A stretch of DNA of 64,000 bases, from positions 1,270 through 65,269 of the forward strand of contig JBGUPL010000081.1 in the NCBI GenBank assembly GCA_045130275.1, given 5' to 3'. Source of the stretch: Bacteroidales bacterium. Lineage in GTDB: Bacteria > Bacteroidota > Bacteroidia > Bacteroidales > WCHB1-69. The notes beneath the pieces were generated by a model that did no database searches, was not told the DNA's origin, and saw only the letters and a list, made by a program, of their open reading frames with translations. Position 1 is the first letter of the stretch. Each line of letters begins with the position of its first letter. The translations under genes and the position numbers were made by a program. Positions 6,782 to 14,378 of the stretch are shown here, piece after piece.

Positions 6782-7873
6782 ATGTTTTTCCAAGTTTATG
6801 GGGCTAACGCCCTGGCCCAGTGGGGGATGTTGCTCGTTGTCCTCGTGGGTCTCATCCTGTTCAACGAGTTCGCCCGTCGCACCAAAGCCGGCGGCATCAT
6901 CACATTTTTCGTCATCCCCGTCATCCTGACGGTCTATTTCGTGGCCATCGCCATCGGAGCCCGCTCCGGAGCTGAATGGGCGGTCAACAACCAGACGCAC
7001 GTCTATATGAACGGCTGGTTCCACTACGCCAAGCTCTACGCCGCGCTCACCGGTTGTATCGGCTTCATGATGATCAAGTACAAATGGGGCATCGGCGCCA
7101 AACACTGGTTCAAACCGTTCCCGTTCATCATCGTGGCCATCAACATCCTCATTGCCGTGGCTTCCGACTTCGAATCCGCCTTTATGGGCTGGAACAAGTG
7201 GTGGCTCTCCAGCGAGGGTGTGTGGCTCTACGGCGGCTGGCACAACGTTATGAACGGCGTCGCCGGTCTGCTCAACATCCTCTGTATGACCGCTTGGTGG
7301 AACGTCTTCCCGTCCAAGGATAAGAAAGACATGATCTGGGCCGACATGACCTGGGTCTTCATCGTGGTCTATGACATCTGGAACTTCGCCTACACCTACA
7401 ACTGCTTGCCCACGCACAGCTGGTTCTGCGGTATCGCGTTGTTGCTTGCCCCGACGATTGCAGCTATTTGCTGGAACCGCGGAGGTTGGATCATGAACCG
7501 CGCCAACACGCTGGCTATCTGGTGCATGTTCGCGCAGGTGTTCCCGCTCTTCCAAGAGACCTTCAAAGACGGTTTCCAGGCCTTCAAGTGGGCTGTGCTT
7601 CCCGTGCAGTATCCCAACGGCATCGAGACCATCACGGAGATTTACGCTGCTGCCGGCGGTGAAGCTGCCGCTGTGGGCACCACCGTTGAGACCGTGGCCG
7701 GCAATCCGACCATGATGACGGTGATCAGCGCCTTGGCTCTCATCACCAACGCTGTCGCCCTGTGCTACATCATCGCCCAGGCCAAGAAGCGTCACATCAA
7801 CCCGTACAAGGAAGATGTCTTCATCAACCAGAAGTACTACAAAGATGCTATGGAGCGCGCCGATCTGGCATAA
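6782..7873 (+). CDS. polytopic Trp-rich integral membrane protein, unknown function
   Basis: 363 aa with about 9 hydrophobic helices. Preceded by the same TAACCGTTATG context as the gene at 1852. Confidence 0.7.
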   Translation: MFFQVYGANALAQWGMLLVVLVGLILFNEFARRTKAGGIITFFVIPVILTVYFVAIAIGARSGAEWAVNNQTHVYMNGWFHYAKLYAALTGCIGFMMIKYKWGIGAKHWFKPFPFIIVAINILIAVASDFESAFMGWNKWWLSSEGVWLYGGWHNVMNGVAGLLNILCMTAWWNVFPSKDKKDMIWADMTWVFIVVYDIWNFAYTYNCLPTHSWFCGIALLLAPTIAAICWNRGGWIMNRANTLAIWCMFAQVFPLFQETFKDGFQAFKWAVLPVQYPNGIETITEIYAAAGGEAAAVGTTVETVAGNPTMMTVISALALITNAVALCYIIAQAKKRHINPYKEDVFINQKYYKDAMERADLA

Positions 7874-7892
7874 TCCAAACACGAATGCTATG

Positions 7893-7928
7893 AAAAAGGT
7901 CGCAGGAAAAAAACCTGCGACCTTTTTT
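7893..7928. terminator. bidirectional intrinsic terminator
   Basis: AAAAAGGTCGCAGG-AAAAAAA-CCTGCGACCTTTTTT, located between convergent genes. Confidence 0.8.
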
Positions 7929-7950
7929 GGTTCAATAATTTCGGTAAATT

Positions 7951-9129
7951 TTACAGCGCGGCAAACGGTGCCACCGCCCGGTCGAAGATGCCGTTGACGT
8001 AGGCGAGGACCATGCCGTAGTTGCTGACCGGGATGCCTGCTTCGATGGCCGGGCGCAACCGTTCCTTCAACTGCTTGCGGGTGACCATGCAGCCACCGCA
8101 CTGGATAACCATCGCATATTGCTGGATGTCAGGGATTTGGTTGAGGCCCGACACGAAATCGAACTGCAGCTCTTTGCCCGTGAACTTGCGGATAAGACGC
8201 GGCAGCTTCACCCGCCCGATATCCTCGCAAGAGGTGAGGTGCGTGCAGGATTCCAACATCAGGATGCGGTCGCCGTCGCTAAGGTCGCGCAACTTCGGGG
8301 TCCCTTCAAGGTAAGCTCCGAACTCGCCCTTCTGGTGCGCCAATACCACGCTGAAGCCCGTCAGCGGGATGCTTTCGGGCACGGACTTCTCCACCTTGTG
8401 GAATGCCTGGCTGTCGGTGACAACCAATTTCGGGGCGCGGTGGTTTTGCAGGTAGGCCGCCACCTTGTCCTCTTTCAGCACGATGGCAACCGCCTCATTG
8501 TCAAGAATATCGCGGATGGTCTGCACTTGCGGGAGGATGAGCCGACCTTCGGGGGCTTCCGTGTCAATGGGAGTCACCAAGAGCACTTCATCGCCCTCGC
8601 CGATGAGGTCGCCGAGCAGCGAACGGGTACGGTACGCCGATTCGGGCATAATCCGCACGATTTCTTGCAGCATTTCGTCTATGCCGGAATGCGTTTTTGT
8701 ACTGACATTCAAGACTTTGCGATCATCAACATCCATCTCTCGAGGAGCGGTCAGGTCGCATTTGTTGTTGACGATGAGGTAGGGAAGTTCGAATTGGTGG
8801 AACTGTTCTATCAGCTGTCGTTCGGGGATGCCGACTTCATAATCGGTAATCACAAGGATGGCTAAATCGATGGTTTTCAACACTTCCAGTGATTTTTGGA
8901 TGCGTTTCGCCCCGACGGTGCCTTCGTCGTCGATTCCGGCGGTGTCGATGATGATGCAGGGCCCGATGCCGAAAATCTCGATGGATTTGCGCACGGGGTC
9001 GGTGGTGGTGCCGGCCGTGGCGTCCACGATGGCGACCTCCTGTCCCGTGATGGCGTTAATAAGGGAACTCTTGCCGTTGTTCCTCCGCCCAAAAATGCCG
9101 ATGTGCGGCTTGTCGTTACGTCCTTTCAT
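7951..9129 (-). CDS. hydF: [FeFe]-hydrogenase H-cluster maturation GTPase HydF
   Basis: N-terminal GTPase motifs GRRNNGKSSLINAITG, DTAG and NKCD. C-terminal cluster ligands CTH...QCGGC. Confidence 0.85.
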   Translation of the reverse strand: MKGRNDKPHIGIFGRRNNGKSSLINAITGQEVAIVDATAGTTTDPVRKSIEIFGIGPCIIIDTAGIDDEGTVGAKRIQKSLEVLKTIDLAILVITDYEVGIPERQLIEQFHQFELPYLIVNNKCDLTAPREMDVDDRKVLNVSTKTHSGIDEMLQEIVRIMPESAYRTRSLLGDLIGEGDEVLLVTPIDTEAPEGRLILPQVQTIRDILDNEAVAIVLKEDKVAAYLQNHRAPKLVVTDSQAFHKVEKSVPESIPLTGFSVVLAHQKGEFGAYLEGTPKLRDLSDGDRILMLESCTHLTSCEDIGRVKLPRLIRKFTGKELQFDFVSGLNQIPDIQQYAMVIQCGGCMVTRKQLKERLRPAIEAGIPVSNYGMVLAYVNGIFDRAVAPFAAL

Positions 9130-9132
9130 ACA

Positions 9133-10917
9133 CTAACTTATCGTTTTCGCAATCTTCTCGATATTCAAACTCCTTGCCGAGGCATCGATAATATCCTTGT
9201 AGATGCCGCCCTTCTTGTAGATTTCGTCGGGGTCGCCGTCTTCCTCCACGCGACCGTCCTTGAGGGCGTAGATGTAGTCGGCGTCGATGATCTGCGAGAT
9301 GCTGTGGGAGATGATGATGACGGTGCGGTCCTGCTTGATGGCGTCGATGCTGTTCTTGATCTGCTCGGTGGCGATGGCGTCCAAACTGGCGGTGGGCTCG
9401 TCCAAGAAGATGATGGGCGGGTTCTTGAGGAACATGCGGGCGATGGCCACGCGCTGCTGCTGCCCGCCAGAGAGGTCGGCAGCGTTGTGCGCGAATTGCT
9501 TCGGCAGCTCCATGACCTGGTCGTACAGGTGCGCCTTCTTCGCGGCCTCCACCACCTCCTCGTGCGTGGCCTCCGGGTTGCCGTAGAGGATGTTCTCCTC
9601 AATGGTGCCGTCGAAAATATGGTTCTTCTGCAAAACCAACCCGATGTTCTCGCGCAGGTAATGCGTGTCGTAGTCCTTCAAATCGACCCCGTCCAACGTG
9701 ATGGTGCCCACCTGCGGCTCGTAGAACTTGTCCAACAGGTTGACGATCGTGCTCTTGCCCGCGCCCGACAGTCCGACCAACGCCGTGATCTTGCCCGGTT
9801 CAATCTTCATGTTAACACCGAACAACGCTTGCGTGCCGTTCGGGTAGGTGAAATCGACGCCCTTCAGCTCGAAGTTGCCGTGAATGGGCTCCGGCTTGTA
9901 CTCGCCCGACGGCTCGACCTCCTTCTCGGAGTTGAGGATGCCGAAGAAGCCCTCGGCGTAGATCAGCGCGTCGTTCACGTCGTCGAAGATGCGCTGCAGC
10001 TGCGTAATGGGCGCGATGACGTTGCTGAACAACATCACGTGGTACATGATTTTACCGATGGTCATGCCGGGGTATTCGATGAGCACCAAGTAGGCGGTGA
10101 GGATGATGACCAGCACGGTACCCACCTGCCGCACGAAGCTCTTGAGTCCGTTGTAGTAGAAGGCCACCTTGCGGGTTTTCATCTGGTTCTCCGTCACTTG
10201 GTTCTGGATGTCGAGCTGTTTTTGCCCCTCAATCTGCTCGCGGTTGAAACTTTTGATGACGTTGATGGAGTCGATGATATTCTTGATACCCTGACTTTTA
10301 GTCTCCAAATGGCTACGCATCTCGCGCCGCCAACCCTTTAGCCGCCGTGCCTGCCGATAGGTAATCCAGAAATAGACCGGCACGATGCCGAGGGCGACCA
10401 AGCCGACATAGACGTTGGCCGCGAACATCAGGATAAGGGCGAGCAAGGCGCTGGTGAACAACGGCAACAGGTCGATGAAGAAGTTCTGCACCGTGCGCGA
10501 CAACGAGCTGACACCCTGGTCGATACGCGCCTGCAGCTTGCCGGTGGCGTTGTCGCCCGAGTTGAAGAAGGCCATCTTGAAGGTGAGCACCTTCTCGATA
10601 ACGCTCTGCGCCAAGTCTCGGCTCACGTAAATCCGCATCCGCTCGCCGAAGTAGTTCTGCGCGAAGGTGACCAATGCGGAGAGCAACTCCTTGCCTAACA
10701 GCACGATGGAGATAATGGTCATAATCCGTGCCGCCTGGCCCCACTGGAAGTTGGTGCCGATGAGCGCGTTGATGGCATCCACCGTCCGGTCGAGCACGAT
10801 GGCGTTGACCTGCGCCATCAAGGACCCGACCAACGTGAGGATTAAGGTGATGAGTACCAGCCATTTGTAAGGTTTCACAAACGGACGGAGGTTTTTGAAG
10901 AGTTGGAGGAGGTTCAT
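9133..10917 (-). CDS. ABC transporter, fused permease/ATPase (MsbA-like exporter)
   Basis: Six-TM N-terminal half, Walker A GLSGAGKST, signature LSGGQQQRVAIAR and Walker B IIFLDEPTASLD. Confidence 0.9.
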   Translation of the reverse strand: MNLLQLFKNLRPFVKPYKWLVLITLILTLVGSLMAQVNAIVLDRTVDAINALIGTNFQWGQAARIMTIISIVLLGKELLSALVTFAQNYFGERMRIYVSRDLAQSVIEKVLTFKMAFFNSGDNATGKLQARIDQGVSSLSRTVQNFFIDLLPLFTSALLALILMFAANVYVGLVALGIVPVYFWITYRQARRLKGWRREMRSHLETKSQGIKNIIDSINVIKSFNREQIEGQKQLDIQNQVTENQMKTRKVAFYYNGLKSFVRQVGTVLVIILTAYLVLIEYPGMTIGKIMYHVMLFSNVIAPITQLQRIFDDVNDALIYAEGFFGILNSEKEVEPSGEYKPEPIHGNFELKGVDFTYPNGTQALFGVNMKIEPGKITALVGLSGAGKSTIVNLLDKFYEPQVGTITLDGVDLKDYDTHYLRENIGLVLQKNHIFDGTIEENILYGNPEATHEEVVEAAKKAHLYDQVMELPKQFAHNAADLSGGQQQRVAIARMFLKNPPIIFLDEPTASLDAIATEQIKNSIDAIKQDRTVIIISHSISQIIDADYIYALKDGRVEEDGDPDEIYKKGGIYKDIIDASARSLNIEKIAKTIS

Positions 10918-10924
10918 TGGGAAT

Positions 10925-10952
10925 GGTTATGGGTTAGGGGTTATAGGTTATT
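10925..10952. repeat. heptad array, GGTTAKR flavour, ending GGTTATTGAAGC
   Basis: GGTTATG GGTTAGG GGTTATA GGTTATT. The same GGTTATTGAAGC end occurs at 59911-59922. Confidence 0.7.
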
Positions 10953-11053
10953 GAAGCTTTAGAGAGAGATTCATTATCTTTTTTTTGAGTTTTAGGCCGC
11001 AAAAGTACAAAATTATTTATCTAAAAACGGAATTGATTTTTTTGAAAAAAACG

Positions 11054-11061
11054 TATTTTTG
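11054..11061 (+). promoter_or_regulatory. -7 promoter box TATTTTTG
   Basis: 22 nt upstream of the hicB ATG. Confidence 0.55.
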
Positions 11062-11082
11062 CCCCGTCATTAATAAACATAT

Positions 11083-11298
11083 ATGGAATATACTGTTATA
11101 TTGGAAAAAATGGACAATGGTCAATGGTTCTGTCAATGTGAACAGGTACCAGAGGCAGTAACCCAAGGAGCCACCATTGAAGAGGCAAAAGAGAACATCA
11201 AAGATGCCATAGAGATGGTTCTGGCCGCCAAAAAAGAACTTACCAGAAAACAATTTATCGGACGTCGCATATTACGACGCAAAATAGCTATTCTTTAA
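11083..11298 (+). CDS. hicB: HicB-family antitoxin
   Basis: YTVILEKMDNGQWFCQCEQVPEAVTQGATIEEAKENIKDAIEM is a typical HicB N-terminal fold pattern. Its TAATG junction overlaps hicA. Confidence 0.8.
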   Translation: MEYTVILEKMDNGQWFCQCEQVPEAVTQGATIEEAKENIKDAIEMVLAAKKELTRKQFIGRRILRRKIAIL

Positions 11299-11486
11299 TG
11301 AAACGAACAGCCTTAATCAAATACTTATTGGAAAACAATTGCATCCTTTTCAAAGAAGGAAGTAATCATTCTGTATATATTAATAAAAATGGAAAAGGGT
11401 TATCTGCCGTTCCTCGCCATTCTGAATTAGGAGACCGCTTAGCAGTGGAAATCTGTAAGCAGCTGGGTATTCCAAAAATTAAATGA
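11298..11486 (+). CDS. hicA: HicA-family mRNA interferase toxin
   Basis: 62 aa with KEGSNHSVY...VPRHSELGDRLAVEICKQLGIP, the HicA signature. Confidence 0.8.
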   Translation: MKRTALIKYLLENNCILFKEGSNHSVYINKNGKGLSAVPRHSELGDRLAVEICKQLGIPKIK

Positions 11487-11980
11487 ATACTTTTAAAATG
11501 TGCAGACCTAAAATATTACTGATACTCTTTACACTTTGTCTTACCGCATCCTGCACAAGAGTTCGGAATAAAGTGGTGGATTTGTTGAGGACAAGTTCCA
11601 ATTTCGAAGAATACCATGTCAGGCAACTTTATCCTTCCTTGGGTCAAGATGACGATTGCGGGGTTTGCGAAGAATGGCCGCTCTACAATATGTGGTTTCG
11701 GTATCAAGGCACACCGGCGCAAGTGGAGTCTGCCATTATCGCCAAAGAATGTACCTACACAGAAATCACGCCTGACTCCGCATTTATCAGCTGTGATCGA
11801 AATTATATTTTGGAAAAACAGAGCCCTCATCAGAGAATCGACTTTTTTGACGAATGGGAAACCCTACCGGAGGATCATCTGCTATACTATCACTGCTGCA
11901 GGACGCCGCATCATCACTTTTTCGTGTTTGATACGGTTACCGGTTACGTGTATCATCACATAGTCGAATTTCGGGAATAA
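11483..11980 (+). CDS. Cys/His-rich lipoprotein, unknown function
   Basis: Lipobox LTASC. ATGA overlap with the hicA stop. Contains DDDCGVCEEW and HCCRTPHHH. The gene is AT-rich. Confidence 0.6.
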   Translation: MNTFKMCRPKILLILFTLCLTASCTRVRNKVVDLLRTSSNFEEYHVRQLYPSLGQDDDCGVCEEWPLYNMWFRYQGTPAQVESAIIAKECTYTEITPDSAFISCDRNYILEKQSPHQRIDFFDEWETLPEDHLLYYHCCRTPHHHFFVFDTVTGYVYHHIVEFRE

Positions 11981-11984
11981 AATT

Positions 11985-12190
11985 TCCCCGCACACCTAAC
12001 GGCGTGCGGAACTCATCGTGGCCGCCCATCCCTACTACCAAGCCCGGCAGACCTAACGGCCTGCCCGTGCCTGTTTTATAACTAATATGGGGAAATGCTA
12101 CGTTCGCGAACCAGCCCGTTAGGGCTGAAAGGCTCGGTAGCAAATGGGGTGTCTCGCGCGAGATTTTCGCAGGCCGTTAGGCCTGCGGGC
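11985..12190. repeat. two inverted copies of a ~90-bp two-hairpin REP-like element
   Basis: Hairpins at 11988-12009, 12046-12065, 12112-12127 and 12168-12187, all with GTTA/TAAC loops. Conserved linker YTCGGTAG. Confidence 0.8.
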
Positions 12191-13460
12191 AAACCGTTCC
12201 GAACAAATCATATTCCGCGGCGTCCGTGATTTCCACGTTGTAGAATTCGCCGACGGTGAGCGGTTGGGATTTGTCGATGAAGACGTCGTTATCGACATCG
12301 GGGGAGTCGAATTCCGTGCGGCCGATGTAGCAGTCGGGTTCCTCGCTGTCGATGAGCACCTTCATCGTGGTGCCGACGCGGGTCTGGTTGATCTCGTAGG
12401 AGATTTTCTCCTGCAGCTTCATGATCTCGTTCACCCGTTTGTTCTTTTCGGAGGCCTTGATGGGGTCGCCGAGGTCGAAGGCGGGCGTGTCTTCCTCTTG
12501 CGAGTAGGCGAAAACGCCAAGTCGCTCGAAACGGTTGCGGCGCACGAACTCCACCAGCTCCTTGTGCTGCTCGCGGGTCTCAGTCGGGTAGCCGGAGATG
12601 AGCGTGGTGCGCAGCGCGATGCCGGGAATGGTCTCGCGGATGCGGGCGATGAGGTCGTAGATGTAGGCCGAGCTGCCGCCGCGCCGCATGCTCTGCAGGA
12701 TGTCGTCGCTCACGTGCTGGAACGGAATGTCCAAATAACGGCAGTATTGCGGGTACTGCTTCATCACCTCTAAAATCTCGTAGGGGAAGTTCAGCGGGTA
12801 GGCGTAGTGCAGCCGAATCCACTGGATACCATTCACTTGCGCGAGTTTATCCATCAGGTCGGCGAGTTCGCGCTTGCCGCTGCGGTCGATGCCGTAGTAG
12901 GTGAGGTCCTGGGCAATCAACATCAGCTCCTTAACCCCTTGGTCGGCAAGACGTTGCGCTTCATCTACCAAAAGCGGGATCGGTTTGGAGACCTGCTTGT
13001 CGCGGATGAGCGGGATGGAGCAGTAGGAGCACTGGTGGTCGCAGCCCTCGGAAATCTTGAGGTAGGCATAGTGACGCGGGGTCGAGAGCATACGGTCCGC
13101 CGTGTTGAGCAGCTGGAAATCGGGGGATTCCAACAGCTTCGGCAGTTCCGCGAAGGTGAAAAAGCCATCCACCTCGGGCAGCGCCTCCTGCAGTTCCGCC
13201 ATGTTGCGTTGGACGAGGCATCCCACCACGTACAACTTCTTGATTTGGCGGCGTTTCTTGCGTTCAATTTGGTTCAGAATTTCGTTCACGGATTCTTCCC
13301 GCGCATCGTGGATGAAGCTGCATGTGTTGATGATCACGATGTCAGACTTCTGCGCGCTTTCGTAATAGAGCTCATGGCCGTTGCGGTGCAGTTGCGCAGC
13401 CATAACTTCCGAATCCACAATGTTTTTGGAACAACCTAAGGTGATGATATTGATGGTCAT
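12177..13460 (-). CDS. rimO: ribosomal protein S12 methylthiotransferase RimO
   Basis: MTTase N-domain (LGCSKN, NTCSF), radical-SAM CDHQCSYC and a C-terminal TRAM domain. Start set at MTINIITLGC (13460), downstream of the promoter box. Confidence 0.9.
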   Translation of the reverse strand: MTINIITLGCSKNIVDSEVMAAQLHRNGHELYYESAQKSDIVIINTCSFIHDAREESVNEILNQIERKKRRQIKKLYVVGCLVQRNMAELQEALPEVDGFFTFAELPKLLESPDFQLLNTADRMLSTPRHYAYLKISEGCDHQCSYCSIPLIRDKQVSKPIPLLVDEAQRLADQGVKELMLIAQDLTYYGIDRSGKRELADLMDKLAQVNGIQWIRLHYAYPLNFPYEILEVMKQYPQYCRYLDIPFQHVSDDILQSMRRGGSSAYIYDLIARIRETIPGIALRTTLISGYPTETREQHKELVEFVRRNRFERLGVFAYSQEEDTPAFDLGDPIKASEKNKRVNEIMKLQEKISYEINQTRVGTTMKVLIDSEEPDCYIGRTEFDSPDVDNDVFIDKSQPLTVGEFYNVEITDAAEYDLFGTVCPQA

Positions 13461-13478
13461 ACATTCAAATTTCAGTCG

Positions 13479-13486
13479 GCAAAGAT
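13479..13486 (-). promoter_or_regulatory. -7 promoter box TATCTTTG (reverse strand)
   Basis: 19 nt upstream of the rimO ATG at 13460. Confidence 0.6.
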
Positions 13487-13487
13487 A

Positions 13488-13518
13488 CAAAAAAAGCCGC
13501 GGCACTTACACCGCGGCT
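13488..13518 (-). terminator. intrinsic terminator after the small lipoprotein gene
   Basis: Reverse strand reads CAGCCGCGG-TGTAAGTG-CCGCGGC followed by TTTTTTT. Confidence 0.75.
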
Positions 13519-13539
13519 GAGTTTGTTTTATCAAAAGAT

Positions 13540-13758
13540 TTACTTACTTGTACACTCGAGACCGTTCTTTTTGCCGTCAATCATGACGTAAGTATTCATG
13601 TCAGAGCATTTCTTGTAGGAATCTTTATCCAATTCCACTTCTGTAGGGTTGGAAGCAACACCCATGATGTAGGTTTTGCATTCACATTTCTTGTTGCAAG
13701 AAGTTGCAACACCGGCCAGCAATAATGCGGCACCAAAAATTGCCATTACTTTTTTCAT
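13540..13758 (-). CDS. small Cys-rich lipoprotein
   Basis: Lipobox VATSC. 72 aa. Confidence 0.6.
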   Translation of the reverse strand: MKKVMAIFGAALLLAGVATSCNKKCECKTYIMGVASNPTEVELDKDSYKKCSDMNTYVMIDGKKNGLECTSK

Positions 13759-13921
13759 TTTTTTTATTTTTTAAGTGAATAATTTGGTTTATTTTTCGAC
13801 GGCAAAAATATGTTTTTTTTTAAAACAAGACGTTTTAATCTTTTTATTTGTCAACAGTCTTACGTTAGATATTTTTGTATTTTTGCAGTTTTGAAATATG
13901 TTCATTCAAAATTATATAAAA

Positions 13922-14365
13922 ATGAAAAAACTGGCTATTGTTCTTTTCGCGGCCGTTTTGGCCTTGGCATCCTGCTCCAGCACAAACCCCTACGCTGGAA
14001 AATATTCCGGCACATATACGTTTGTGACCCAAAACATCAATAAAGAGGGTAACCTGCGTATGGTTTCCAACCCTTTGACCACAGGTCTTCTCGTTTATGG
14101 TGTGATTCCCATTGACCCTGTTGCCGGCACCGCCAATATGTATGTTTCCAATGCGGATAACAGTGCCCTTGTCACGCAACTGCTCCAACAAATTCAGTTC
14201 CAGAACAACATCTACAACGCTGCCACTGAGCAAATTAAGAATGTAAAAGTGGAGGCGGTATTCTCGGGTAACACCGTGAATGTGGATATGTACTATGAGA
14301 TTGCGCTGATAGGGAATCTGCTCAACACCCGAGTAAGCATTGTCAAATTTGTCGGTACTAAGTAA
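13922..14365 (+). CDS. lipoprotein, unknown function
   Basis: Start set at MKKLAIVLFAAVLALASC (lipobox). A TATTTTTG box lies at 13878-13885. Confidence 0.6.
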   Translation: MKKLAIVLFAAVLALASCSSTNPYAGKYSGTYTFVTQNINKEGNLRMVSNPLTTGLLVYGVIPIDPVAGTANMYVSNADNSALVTQLLQQIQFQNNIYNAATEQIKNVKVEAVFSGNTVNVDMYYEIALIGNLLNTRVSIVKFVGTK

Positions 14366-14378
14366 TTTGGCATCTTTC

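Noticed and set aside
6773-8101. 442-aa reverse-strand ORF spanning the membrane-protein gene and the hydF end. Similar long ORFs lie at 388..993(-), 3508..4296(-), 8896..10341(+), 12144..12773(+), 43602..44381(+) and 53983..55401(-).
   Set aside because: All lie antisense to genes with clear family motifs. Their translations are low-complexity (R/G/H/V-rich) and they cross gene boundaries. This is typical of open off-frames in genes with GC-rich third positions.
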